The notes beneath the pieces are model-generated. The model made no database searches, was not told where the DNA came from, and saw only the letters and a program-made list of their open reading frames with translations. The position numbers were made by a program, and so were the translations under genes. Shown here piece after piece: positions 53,187 to 62,963 of a DNA stretch of 64,000 nt. Every line of letters starts with the position of its first letter. Position 1 is the stretch's first letter. This DNA is from an uncultured delta proteobacterium (GTDB lineage: Bacteria; Myxococcota; Myxococcia; Myxococcales; Myxococcaceae), in the NCBI GenBank assembly GCA_963771175.1, contig CAVYSY010000038.1, positions 192,001 to 256,000 of the forward strand, given 5' to 3'.

Positions 53187-53220
53187 ACCTACCCGTTCGG
53201 GTAGGTCGAGCACCTGCCCG
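53187..53220 (+). promoter_or_regulatory. Dyad operator (9-2-9) plus extra half-site upstream of the protease gene
   Basis: ACCTACCCG-TT-CGGGTAGGT then CACCTGCCCG. Confidence 0.55.
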
Positions 53221-53277
53221 TCTCGCCGATGTGCCGCCGGGGCGTGCCGTTTAGCTTTCACAGCGAAAGGAAACGCC

Positions 53278-54174
53278 ATGTCCGTCGACCTCTCCGCCCT
53301 GTCCCAGTCCCTCGCCTCCATCGTCGAGTGCGTCGCCCCCAGTGTCGTGCGCGTCGAGGCCCGCCGTCGACACGGTGCCACCGGCATCGTCTGGAGCGCC
53401 GAGGGCCACATCGTCACCACCCACCACGCCATCGAGCACGAGGGCTCCATCACCATCGGTCTCGCCGATGGTCGCACCGTCTCCGCCGAGCTCGTCGGGA
53501 GAGATCCATCCACCGACCTCGCGCTCCTCAAGGCCGACGTCCCCGGCCTCACCCCGCTGGCGCCCACGCCGCTCGATGGCGTCAAGGTGGGCCACCTCGT
53601 GCTCGCCCTGGGCCGCCCTGGCCGCACCGCCCGCGCCACGCTCGGCATCGTCAGCGCGTTCGGCGAGAGCTGGCGCACCTTCGCGGGCGGCCGCATCGAC
53701 CGCTACCTGGAGACCGACGCGGACCTGCCTCCGGGCTTCTCCGGCGGCGCGCTCGTGGATGCACAGGGCCGATTCCTCGGCCTGCTCACCGCGGCCCTGT
53801 CCCGCACCGCGGCCGTCATCATTCCCGGAGAGACCATTGGCCGCGTCACCCAGGCGCTCCAGCAGCACGGAGGCATCCGCCGGGGATACCTCGGCGTGGG
53901 AGCGCACCCCGTCCGCCTGCCCCAGGGCCTCTGGGCCCGTGCGGGCAGCGAGGACGGCCTCATGTTCCTCACCGTCGAGCCCGAGGGCCCCGCCGACCGC
54001 GCGGGCCTGATGATCGGCGACGTGCTGGTGAGCCTCGGAGGCCAGCCGCTGCACAGCATCGAGGAGCTGCTCGGCTATCTCGGCGACGAGAAGGTGGGCA
54101 CGCAGGTGCAGGCCCGGGTGCTGCGCGCTGGAGAGGTGCGCGAGTTGCCCCTCACCATTGGCAAGCGGTCGTGA
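53278..54174 (+). CDS. S1C (HtrA-like) serine protease with PDZ domain, no signal peptide
   Basis: TTHHAI, DLALL, PGFSGG triad; YLGV..GPADRAGL.IGDV PDZ. Confidence 0.92.
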   Translation: MSVDLSALSQSLASIVECVAPSVVRVEARRRHGATGIVWSAEGHIVTTHHAIEHEGSITIGLADGRTVSAELVGRDPSTDLALLKADVPGLTPLAPTPLDGVKVGHLVLALGRPGRTARATLGIVSAFGESWRTFAGGRIDRYLETDADLPPGFSGGALVDAQGRFLGLLTAALSRTAAVIIPGETIGRVTQALQQHGGIRRGYLGVGAHPVRLPQGLWARAGSEDGLMFLTVEPEGPADRAGLMIGDVLVSLGGQPLHSIEELLGYLGDEKVGTQVQARVLRAGEVRELPLTIGKRS

Positions 54175-54226
54175 GGTCCAACACCCCGCGCGCAAGAAAC
54201 CCTCGGGGCCTCTATTCTCCGCGTCC

Positions 54227-55183
54227 ATGCGTTTCGCCATCGTGGGCTCCGGGGCTGTCGGCGGCTTCTTCGGCGCGAAGTTGGTGCAGGCGGGCCATGA
54301 GGTCACCTTCCTGGCCCGGGGTGCGCACCTGGAGGCGCTGCGCCAGCGGGGGCTGACCATCAGGAGCCCGGCCGGCGAGGTGCGCGTGCCAGTGCGCGCG
54401 GAGTCCGACGCGGCCCGAGTGGGTCCGGTGGACGTCGTGATGCTGGCGGTGAAGACGTACGACCTCGCGGGGGCCCTGCCGGCGGTGAAGACGCTGGTGA
54501 CCGCCTCCGAGCGCCCGGCCCTTGGCGGGAGCACGGCGGTGGTGCTCACCCTGCAGAACGGCGTGGACAGTCCGGACGAGGTGGCCGCCGCGGTGGGCCG
54601 GGAGGCGGTGCTTGGCGGCTCGGCCTACATCTCCGCGGCCATCGCCGAGCCCGGCGTGCTCACGCAGACGGGGATGCACCAGCGCATCACCTTCGGCGAG
54701 TTCTTCGGGGACACCTCGCGCAGCTCGCCCCGGGTGGCCACGCTGCGCGACGTGCTCGCCGGGGCCGGTATCAACACGGACGCGGTAGCGGATGCCCGCG
54801 TCTCCCTCTGGGACAAGCTCGTCTTCCTGGCGCCCTTCGCCGGGCTGACCGGCACCACCCGGCTGCCCATCGGCGTGCTGCGGACGTGCCCACCGACACT
54901 CGACACATATAAGGAGGCGGCATCCGAGGTCATCCGGGTCGCCGCCGCCGAGGGAGTGACCGTCAACCGCAACCCGGAGACGCTCATGCGGGAGCTGCAG
55001 GGGCTGCCCCCACAGACGCGGGCGTCGCTGCTGGTGGACCTGGAGCAGGGCAAGCGCCTGGAAGTGGAGGCGTTGATGGGCTCGGTGGTGCGCCGGGGCC
55101 GGGCAGCGGGCGTGCCCACTCCAGTGATGGCCACCCTCCATGGCCTGCTCGCGCCTTATACAAATGGGCGACCTCAGGATTGA
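54227..55183 (+). CDS. panE: 2-dehydropantoate 2-reductase
   Basis: GSGAVGG, LAVKTYD, LQNG, WDKL, SL..DL..GK.LE. Confidence 0.9.
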   Translation: MRFAIVGSGAVGGFFGAKLVQAGHEVTFLARGAHLEALRQRGLTIRSPAGEVRVPVRAESDAARVGPVDVVMLAVKTYDLAGALPAVKTLVTASERPALGGSTAVVLTLQNGVDSPDEVAAAVGREAVLGGSAYISAAIAEPGVLTQTGMHQRITFGEFFGDTSRSSPRVATLRDVLAGAGINTDAVADARVSLWDKLVFLAPFAGLTGTTRLPIGVLRTCPPTLDTYKEAASEVIRVAAAEGVTVNRNPETLMRELQGLPPQTRASLLVDLEQGKRLEVEALMGSVVRRGRAAGVPTPVMATLHGLLAPYTNGRPQD

Positions 55184-55472
55184 AAGGGTGTCTGGAACCG
55201 GATTTCACCGGGAGCCGTCACGTCCCTCCAGACGGCCCGGGCCTGGAACGGCGACCCACACCCGGTGTATGCATCCGGCCCGCCCGCAGGATGGGTATCG
55301 GGATGGCTCGCGAGCAGCCGTTCCCCCAGCCCAGGCATGAAATCCCGCCCTTGTCTGTGAACGGCTTCACACCGCCTTGGTGAGTCGCTTCACAGCCTCA
55401 CGGGGACGCCCCGGGCTATCACCGTACTTGGGACCGGGGACTCACTACCCGTTGGACCCGAACACCGAGTGA

Positions 55473-55643
55473 GGGCCGCGCCCGGGGGGGTGTGGCCCAT
55501 GCGCTCGGGTCCAAGGGGCAGGGGCGTCGCGCTGGGGGGCGCGACCCACATCGTCTCAAGGTCCCAGGGAATGGGGGCCGCGCTGGGGGGCGCGGCCTCT
55601 GCCCGTGTTTTCCGGGAGTCGAGGTCCGCCGGGGGGCGGCCTC
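55473..55643. repeat. Array of four GC-rich palindromes with G-run loops, about 50-bp period
   Basis: 55473-55498, 55526-55545, 55574-55599, 55621-55643; core GCGC-TGGGGG-GCGC / CGCC-GGGG-GG. Confidence 0.7.
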
Positions 55644-55660
55644 CTCCCACTGTTGTACCC

Positions 55661-56341
55661 TCAGTCCACGTCACGGCGCAGGCGCGCGGGGTCCACGAGG
55701 GTGATCTGCCCCCCCTCGACCGTCAGCAGCCCCTCGCGCCGGTAGAAGCTCAGCCACTTGTTGGCGCTCTCCCGGGTGACGCCGCACAGGTTGGCCAGCT
55801 CCGCCTGGGTCAGCTTGGGGATGATGACCCCGCCCTCGGCCCCGGGCTGGCCCTGCGTCCGGGCCAGATCCAACAGCACCCGCGCCAGGCGCGCGCGCGC
55901 ATCCAGGAAGGCCGCGTCATGCACGAGCTGGGTGACCCGCCGTACCATGCGGCTGAGCACCGCCAGCAGCGCCATGGCCACCTGGGGGCGCTCGACCAGG
56001 AAGCGCCGGAAGTCCTCCTGGTTGAGCTTCAGCAGCTCCGTCTCGTCGCGCGACACCGCGTCCGCCGAGCGCGGCTCCCCGTCCAGCAGCGCCAGCTCTC
56101 CGAAGGCATCGCCCCGGCCCAGCAGCGCCAGGATGACCTCCCGGCCCTCCGCGGAGCTCAGGCGAATGGCCACCTCGCCCTTGCGGACGATGAAGAGGGC
56201 CGTGCCCACGTCTCCCTCGTGGAAGATGACCTCGCCCTTGCTGTAACGCCGCAGCTGGAGCAACCCCGACAGATGCTCCTGGTCCTCGCTCGCGAGGTGC
56301 TCGAACATCGGGATTTTACGCAGCAGCGGCGCGTACGACAT
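55661..56341 (-). CDS. Crp/Fnr-family transcriptional regulator
   Basis: FGELALL..PRSA cNMP pocket; LTQAELA.L.G.TRES.NK HTH. Confidence 0.95.
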   Translation of the reverse strand: MSYAPLLRKIPMFEHLASEDQEHLSGLLQLRRYSKGEVIFHEGDVGTALFIVRKGEVAIRLSSAEGREVILALLGRGDAFGELALLDGEPRSADAVSRDETELLKLNQEDFRRFLVERPQVAMALLAVLSRMVRRVTQLVHDAAFLDARARLARVLLDLARTQGQPGAEGGVIIPKLTQAELANLCGVTRESANKWLSFYRREGLLTVEGGQITLVDPARLRRDVD

Positions 56342-56596
56342 GCGGGCACCTCGGCGAGCCGGAACGAGATAAACAGGCGAGCACCGGAAGTCTCCACTTC
56401 CTCGGCCCGGGCGCCAACCTAATCGGATCCTCCCCCGACTCCAATGATCCGTCTCCTACACTCCCCATCCCACCCCACCCGGACCCGCCGTTGCATTGAC
56501 CCCTCCCCCCGATTGCGAAATGATGCGTCCAGGGTGTAACGCCGAGTCCGGCACGCGTGGATTCCCTGGCCGTGTTCCTCGGAGCCCATCGAGCGC

Positions 56597-57139
56597 ATGA
56601 CCGCAGAGCCTCGCCCATCACCCCCGGTGCCGACCCTCCAGTGCCCCCGCTGCAAGGCGACGCTGCCGCCCGTGTCCCTGGGCAGTCAGATCGTCCGCTG
56701 CGGGAGCTGTGGGGCCGCCATGGAGGTGAGGGTGCGCACGGCGCAGCAGGCGGCGAGCGAGGGGCCCACCACGGCCTACATCCCCCCTCCCGCCCCGCTC
56801 GAGGGGATGGCACGGCCTCGCCGCCGGCCCATGGTGGAGGTCTCCGGCCCGAGGCGCGCCGCGGTCGAGCCCGTCTCCACCCTCACGGTGGACATCCCCG
56901 TGGAGCCCGAGCCCGCTCTGGCCTCCACCCCGCCGCCCTCGCCCGCCAGCATCGACGTGCCCTGGTTCGCCGAGGACATCGAGCGACTGCCGGAGGCCGA
57001 CGTGGACCTCGGGCAGCTCGCGCTGGAGTCCTTCGAGTCCCTGCCCCCACTGGCGCTGCGGCCCGACCTGTCGTCGGCCTCCCGCGCGGCCGGAGCGGCT
57101 CCGTCGCGCCCCCCTGGTTCCCAGTTGCCGGGTAAATGA
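56597..57139 (+). CDS. Zinc-ribbon protein with Pro/acidic disordered tail
   Basis: CPRC-x14-CGSC; GGAG upstream. Confidence 0.6.
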   Translation: MTAEPRPSPPVPTLQCPRCKATLPPVSLGSQIVRCGSCGAAMEVRVRTAQQAASEGPTTAYIPPPAPLEGMARPRRRPMVEVSGPRRAAVEPVSTLTVDIPVEPEPALASTPPPSPASIDVPWFAEDIERLPEADVDLGQLALESFESLPPLALRPDLSSASRAAGAAPSRPPGSQLPGK

Positions 57140-57272
57140 CAGAATCCACCAGGCTGGTGTGTTGACGGCCAGGCCCCAACCCCCTGAAGCCCGCCACGAG
57201 AGGGTGGGGTATCATGGCGGGGACGCGCGGTTGGAGGACGGCCGGCATCGAGGAGGGAGTGGAGGAAGCGTG

Positions 57273-58418
57273 ATGAGGAACGCAACCAGCATGGAGTCAG
57301 CGTCGGGCTCCTCGGCGAACCTCCAGGAGCTCCGCCAGGGTTGTATCGAGCTGGGGCGCCAGGTCGAGGGCCTCGCCGAGCTGGTGCTGCCCCTGCTGCG
57401 ACAGGCGACCCAGGAGCTCGGCCGGCTGGAGGCGCAGCGCGAGGAGCTCCGCAAGACGGGAGCCCGCGAGGCGCAGCAGACCGTCCTGCCCAAGCTGAAC
57501 GAGCGCATCGAGGAGCAGGCCCAGGGCATCAAGCGCCTGGAGCGGACCAGCCGGGGCCTCAAGGAGCTCCTCACGGGGCTCGGGGGCCTGGGCGAGCAGA
57601 TGCAGAGCGGGCTCGCGCGGCGCGACGAGGCCTGGCGCGAGCAGGAGGCCATCGTCCGCGAGGAGAAGCGGATGTGGCTCCAGGAGCTCACCGCCCTGCG
57701 TGAGCAGGTGCGGAGCCAGGGCACCCCCGCGAGCCCCTCGCCCGTCCAGCACGAGGAGCTGCCGCGGCTGCGCGCCGAGAAGGAGCGGCTCACCCAGCGC
57801 GTGGCCGAGCTCGAGAAGAGCCTCGCCGCCCGGGAGCAGACGCTCACGGCCAAGGAGCAGACCATCGAGGACCTGCGCAGGATGATCGTCCTGCTCACGG
57901 GGGACGCGGCCTCCTCGGCCGCGCCCAAGGCCGAGACGAAGCCGCTGCCGCCGCCGCCCGTCAACGTCGTCCCGCTCACCACCAAGGCCCCACCGAAGCC
58001 CAAGCCGCCCGACACGATGTTCGGCAACAGCACGATGCAGCTCGCCACCAGCATGCTGGAGACGCTCGGCGCGGACGTCCCTCCGCCTCCGCTGCCCGAG
58101 CCGCCCGTGGCGCTCGGGCCCAAGGTGCCGAGCATGGAGATCATGCTCGGCCCGCTCGACGAGCTGGAGCCACCGCCGCCGTCGCTGCCTCCCCCCGTAC
58201 CCGTCGCGCCGCCCGTCCCCATCATCCCCGCCATGCCCCCCGTGCCCTCCATGCCCCGCGCCAGCGCGAGGACCGCGGCACCGGCCAAGACACCCGCGCC
58301 CCTCCCCGGCCTCGCGCCCAAGGTGGTGGGCCGTCCCGGCACGCTCGTCGTCAGCGAGGACATGTTCAACGAGATGCTCGTCGAGGAGAGCACCCGGGGC
58401 GGCTCCGGTAGGAAATGA
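57273..58418 (+). CDS. Coiled-coil protein with Pro-rich C-terminus
   Basis: About 210 aa of E/Q/R/L heptads then PPP-rich region; GGAGG RBS; stop overlaps kinase ATG (ATGA). Confidence 0.75.
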   Translation: MRNATSMESASGSSANLQELRQGCIELGRQVEGLAELVLPLLRQATQELGRLEAQREELRKTGAREAQQTVLPKLNERIEEQAQGIKRLERTSRGLKELLTGLGGLGEQMQSGLARRDEAWREQEAIVREEKRMWLQELTALREQVRSQGTPASPSPVQHEELPRLRAEKERLTQRVAELEKSLAAREQTLTAKEQTIEDLRRMIVLLTGDAASSAAPKAETKPLPPPPVNVVPLTTKAPPKPKPPDTMFGNSTMQLATSMLETLGADVPPPPLPEPPVALGPKVPSMEIMLGPLDELEPPPPSLPPPVPVAPPVPIIPAMPPVPSMPRASARTAAPAKTPAPLPGLAPKVVGRPGTLVVSEDMFNEMLVEESTRGGSGRK

Positions 58419-60379
58419 GCACGACGGACGGCGACAGCTCCCTGCCGGCCCGCTTCGGCCGCTACGTGCTGCTCAGTCACCTGGGCCGCGGCGGCATGGC
58501 GGACATCTACCGGGCCCTGGCGCTCGGCGCCGGCGGCTTCGCCAAGCAGGTGGTCGTCAAGCGCGTGCTGCCGGAGGCCACCCGGCAGGAGTCGACGGTG
58601 AAGATGTTCATCGAGGAGGCGCGGCTCTCGGGCCAGCTCCAGCACATGAACATCGCGCAAATCTTCGACTTCGGAGAGCACCGGGGCGAGTACTTCATCG
58701 CCATGGAGTTCATCCATGGGCGCGACCTGCATGACCTGATGCGGCGCGTGGCGGCGAGGGGGCAGGGCATCCCCGTGCACATCGCCTGCTACATCACCCA
58801 GGAGGTGCTCAAGGGGCTGGACTACGCGCACCGGGCGCGCTCGGCGGCGGGCGAGCCGCTCCACCTCGTGCACCGCGACGTCAACCCCACCAACATCATC
58901 CTCTCCTTCGAGGGAGAGGTGAAGCTGCTGGACTTCGGCGTGGCGCTCGTGGGCGAGGGCAACAACGACATCGCCATCAACGTGCGGGGCAAGCCGGGCT
59001 ACATCCCTCCCGAGCAGCTCAACCGGAAGAAGCCGGACGCGCGCGGCGACATCTTCGCCCTGGGCATCACCCTCTACGAGCTGCTCGCCCGGCGGCCCGC
59101 CTTCAAGCCCGGCCCGGTGATGGACGTGCTCAAGCAGACGCTGACGCTCAAGGTCCGCCCGCTGCGGCTCCAGGACGCGTCCCCCTTCCTGCCCGAGCCC
59201 CTGTGCGCCATCGTCAACCGCTGCATGCTGGCCAACCCGGAGGAGCGCTTCCAGTCGGCCGCCGACGTGCTCGACGCCCTGGACGAGTTCCTCCTGTCCG
59301 CCGGCCTGCGCGTGTCCCAGCGCGACCTCGCCGCGCTGATGGCCACCTGCTACGAGCCGGAGGTGCGCACCCCGCCGGTGCTGCCCCCCATCTCCGAGGC
59401 GCTGCTGGCGCAGGAGGCGCCCCCAGCCCCGGCCCCGGTCACTCTCCCCATCTACGCGGTGCGCGAGCCGGATGGGCGCTCGCTCGCGAAGCTGGGCGAG
59501 GAGGACGTGCAGCTCCTCTTCGCCTCGGGGAAGCTGTCGCCGGAGGCGCAGGTGTCCCAGGCCGGCGGACCCTTCCTGCCGCCCTCGGCCTTCCCCCGCC
59601 TCAGCTCCGTGGCGGCCGCGGCCCGCGAGCGCCTCGAGGCCCGGCGCGCCAAGGCGCCCCCGCCGCGCTATGCCGGGGACCTCGGACAGGTGCCCGCCCT
59701 GCGGGTCATCTCGCGGCTGCTGCTGGCCAAGGCCACCGGCCGGCTCCACTTCGAGAACAACCGCGCCCACAAGGAGCTCTTCCTCAAGGCGGGTCAAATC
59801 ATCGCGGTGCGCTCCAACGTGGCCGCGGACCGCTTCGGCCCCTTCCTGCTGAGCACCGGCAAGCTGGCGCCGGAGCTGTGGTTCCGCGCGGTGGAGCGCA
59901 CCCGCCCCTTCTCCGGCCGGCTGCTGGATGCGCTGCTGGCCTCGCGGGCCCTCTCCCCGGCGGAGCTGGCCGAGTGGTCCCGCGACCACCGGCGCACGGT
60001 GGCGCTCGGCCTGCTCGGCTGGACGCGGGGCCGTTATGCCTTCTTCGAGCGCGAGCAGCCCGTCATCGACAGCACCGAGGAGAAGCTCGGCGGCCTGGCG
60101 CTGCTCAACGAGGGCCTGCGCGCGCACTACCCGCTGGAGCGGCTGGTGCGTGAGCAGGAGCCGCTGCGCAACAAGCCCCTCTACCGCAACCTGGACGCCC
60201 CCGTGGCCGCCAGCGACCTGGCACTCTCGGCGTCCGAGCTGCGCGCCGCCTCTCTCCTCGGCAAGCCGGGAAATACCCTGTCCGGCGCCCTTGCGGAACT
60301 CAAGCGGCCGGAGGATGAAGTAGCGTTGCGCCGGGTGGCGCTGCTCTTCACGGAGATAGGGCTCCTGGCGGCGGCCTGA
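58415..60379 (+). CDS. Hanks-type Ser/Thr kinase with GYF_2-like and DUF4388-like domains
   Basis: GRGGMA, VVVK, HRDVNPTN, DFG, GK.GY.PPE, DIFALG; C-terminal TG.L.F...K.LFL..G.I, W..G.YAF. Confidence 0.92.
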   Translation: MSTTDGDSSLPARFGRYVLLSHLGRGGMADIYRALALGAGGFAKQVVVKRVLPEATRQESTVKMFIEEARLSGQLQHMNIAQIFDFGEHRGEYFIAMEFIHGRDLHDLMRRVAARGQGIPVHIACYITQEVLKGLDYAHRARSAAGEPLHLVHRDVNPTNIILSFEGEVKLLDFGVALVGEGNNDIAINVRGKPGYIPPEQLNRKKPDARGDIFALGITLYELLARRPAFKPGPVMDVLKQTLTLKVRPLRLQDASPFLPEPLCAIVNRCMLANPEERFQSAADVLDALDEFLLSAGLRVSQRDLAALMATCYEPEVRTPPVLPPISEALLAQEAPPAPAPVTLPIYAVREPDGRSLAKLGEEDVQLLFASGKLSPEAQVSQAGGPFLPPSAFPRLSSVAAAARERLEARRAKAPPPRYAGDLGQVPALRVISRLLLAKATGRLHFENNRAHKELFLKAGQIIAVRSNVAADRFGPFLLSTGKLAPELWFRAVERTRPFSGRLLDALLASRALSPAELAEWSRDHRRTVALGLLGWTRGRYAFFEREQPVIDSTEEKLGGLALLNEGLRAHYPLERLVREQEPLRNKPLYRNLDAPVAASDLALSASELRAASLLGKPGNTLSGALAELKRPEDEVALRRVALLFTEIGLLAAA

Positions 60380-60405
60380 GCGGCACGCCAGGAGGGACGG
60401 GGTGT

Positions 60406-61938
60406 ATGGGAATCGTTCTCGGAATCGACCTGGGCACGACCAATAGCTGCATGGCCGTGGTCGACCCGGCCACCGGACAGGCCCGCGTGTTGCCCAACCG
60501 CGAGGGCGAGCGCACCACTCCGTCCGTCGTCGGCTTCGACCCCTCGGGCAAGGTGACGGTGGGCAGCCCCGCGCGCCGCCAGGGCGCCCTCCACCCCCGC
60601 AGCACCCTCTTCGGGGTGAAGCGCCTCATCGGCCGGCGCTTCTCGGACCCGGCGGTGCGCAAGCTGATGAGGCTGCTGCCCTACGAGGTGGTGGCGGACC
60701 CCGCCGGCAACGCCGCGGTGCGCGTCCACGGCCAGGTGCTGAGCCCGGCCGACGTGGCCAGCCACGTGCTGCGCTACCTCAAGGAGAGCGCCGAGGCCCG
60801 CCTGGGAGAGCCGGTGGACGGCGCCGTCATCACCGTGCCCGCCTACTTCGACGAGGTGCAGCGCCAGGAGACGAAGAACGCCGGCCTGCGCGCCGGGCTG
60901 ACGGTGCACCGGCTCCTCAACGAGCCCACCGCCGCCATGCTCGCCTGCCGCTTCGACGAGTCGCAGCCGGAGAACATCGCCGTCTTCGACCTGGGCGGCG
61001 GCACCTTCGACATCTCCCTGCTGCACGTGGAGGAGGAAGTGGTGCAGGTGCTGGCCACCTGCGGTGACAACTTCCTGGGCGGCGACAACTTCGACGAGCT
61101 CGTGGTGGATGCGCTGCACCGCATCTTCCTCAAGCAGACCGGGGTGGACCTGGCCGGAGACCCCGCGGCCCTCTGGCGCTTGAAGGAAGCGGCGGAGAAC
61201 ACCAAGCGCGCCCTCTCCGAGGTGGAGCTGACGGCGGTGGACCTGCCCTTCGTCGCCACCGGCCCCGAGGGCCCGCTGCACCTGTCCATCCCCTCCTTCC
61301 CGCGCACGCTCTTCGAGAACCTCGTGGCCCGGGAGCTGGAGCGGCTGCGCACCCCCTGCGAGCAGGCCCTCCAGGACGCGGACCTCCAGCACCGGGACAT
61401 CCACCGCGTCCTCCTCGTGGGCGGCATGTCGCGCATGCCCGCGGTGCGCGCGCGCGCCGAGCAGTACCTCGGCCGGCCCGGGGAGCGCTCCGTCAACCCC
61501 GACGAGGCCGTGGCCCTCGGCGCCGCCCTCGAGGCGGACATCATCGCCGGCACCTCGCCGGAGCTGCCGCGGGTGCTGCTGCTGGACGTGCTCTCGCGCA
61601 GCCTGGGCGTGCGCACCGAGGGCGGCCGCTTCAGCGTCCTCATCCCCCGCAACACCACCATCCCCGCGCGCGAGACGAAGGTGTTCGCCACCACCTTCGA
61701 CCACCAGACCCACGTGGACATCGAGGTGTACCAGGGCGAGGCTTCCACCGTGGACGGCAACCGCTACCTCGGGGAGCTGCGACTGGCGGGGCTCCCCGCC
61801 GCGCCGGGTGGCAGGGTGCGCGTGGAGGTGGACTTCACCATCGACGCGGATGGCATCCTCCAGGTCACCGCGCGCGAGCCCGCCACCGGGCGCAAGGCCG
61901 AGGCCCGGATGCACCCGCCCACCGCCAGCTCGCCCTGA
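60406..61938 (+). CDS. Hsp70/DnaK-family protein lacking the alpha-helical lid (510 aa)
   Basis: GIDLGTTNS, TVPAYF, NEPTAA, DLGGGTFD, VGGMSRMP, LLLDV linker, SBD-beta; ends right after SBD-beta. Confidence 0.95.
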   Translation: MGIVLGIDLGTTNSCMAVVDPATGQARVLPNREGERTTPSVVGFDPSGKVTVGSPARRQGALHPRSTLFGVKRLIGRRFSDPAVRKLMRLLPYEVVADPAGNAAVRVHGQVLSPADVASHVLRYLKESAEARLGEPVDGAVITVPAYFDEVQRQETKNAGLRAGLTVHRLLNEPTAAMLACRFDESQPENIAVFDLGGGTFDISLLHVEEEVVQVLATCGDNFLGGDNFDELVVDALHRIFLKQTGVDLAGDPAALWRLKEAAENTKRALSEVELTAVDLPFVATGPEGPLHLSIPSFPRTLFENLVARELERLRTPCEQALQDADLQHRDIHRVLLVGGMSRMPAVRARAEQYLGRPGERSVNPDEAVALGAALEADIIAGTSPELPRVLLLDVLSRSLGVRTEGGRFSVLIPRNTTIPARETKVFATTFDHQTHVDIEVYQGEASTVDGNRYLGELRLAGLPAAPGGRVRVEVDFTIDADGILQVTAREPATGRKAEARMHPPTASSP

Positions 61939-61950
61939 GAGGGAGACCCC

Positions 61951-62568
61951 ATGTCCCTGGACTCGCCCTTCCACGGCAAGAACCCCTTCGAGGTGCTCGG
62001 ACTCCAGGGCACCGAGGACGTGCCCGCCATCCGCAAGGCCTTCCTGCGCATCGCCGCGCAGTCCCACCCGGACCGGCTCCGGATGAAGTCCGAGGAGGAG
62101 AAGGCCCAGGCGCTGGAGACCTTCCTGCTCGCCAAGAAGGCCTTCGAGGTGCTCTCCCTGCCGGACAAGCGGCGCGAGTGGAGCGAGCGGCTGGTGATGC
62201 CGCCCCGCACGCCCCCCGCTCCGGTGCAGCCCCCTCCCGAGGCGAAGGCCCCGCCCCCCCCGCGCAGTGGCCCCCTGCCCGCCGCCGCCGCGCTCCAGCT
62301 CTACAAGCTGGGCATGCTGGCCATGGAGTCCTCGGACTACGCGAAGGCGCTCGACCTGTTCTCCAAGGCCGCGAAGCTGGCTCCCACGCCTCGCCACCAG
62401 GCCATGGAGCTGGTGGGCCGCGGGCACCAGTACCTCAGCACCCGCTTCCTCGACCGCGCGCGCGAGAGCTTCGAGCGCGCCCTCCAGCTCCAGCCGGACT
62501 GCCGCGAGGCCCGCGCGGGCCTCGACGTGCTCGACAAACAGGCGGGCCGATTGTTCAAGGGGCGCTAG
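61951..62568 (+). CDS. J-domain + TPR co-chaperone
   Basis: NPFEVLG..IRKAF..HPD..AFEVLS; C-terminal TPR helices (A...FERAL.L.P...EA..GL). Confidence 0.9.
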   Translation: MSLDSPFHGKNPFEVLGLQGTEDVPAIRKAFLRIAAQSHPDRLRMKSEEEKAQALETFLLAKKAFEVLSLPDKRREWSERLVMPPRTPPAPVQPPPEAKAPPPPRSGPLPAAAALQLYKLGMLAMESSDYAKALDLFSKAAKLAPTPRHQAMELVGRGHQYLSTRFLDRARESFERALQLQPDCREARAGLDVLDKQAGRLFKGR

Positions 62569-62963
62569 CGCCCCGCCCCCTCCTCGGGTGCGACTCCTTG
62601 AAGACCTCGGACAGCCGCGGCGGCACCTGACGCACCGCGTCACGCATGACGAGGGCGGCAGGTCACCCCTACCGGCCGGGTCACTTATGTGAACTCAAGG
62701 TGAAAATGGGGCCCCCAGTTGGAAAGGACCCTCAAATGTTGATAAACGGCCGCTCCGGCAGTGACCGCCGTTCGCCTGGCAACGTCCGTCGCGTCGCGAG
62801 CCAACCCCCTACTCTCCCCAGGGAGGCCCTCGTGAATGCAGACGAAGCAGAAGTGGGTCCCCCCAGGGAGCTGCAGTCCGCACACGACGGCTCCGCTTCG
62901 AATCCGCCGGTCCGCATCACCGCCAACGGGTTCCTGCTCACCCTCCAGGTCTTGCGAGGTTCC

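Noticed and set aside
55473..55643. CRISPR array call
   Set aside because: Repeats are not identical, only four units, no leader or cas genes; kept as an unexplained repeat finding
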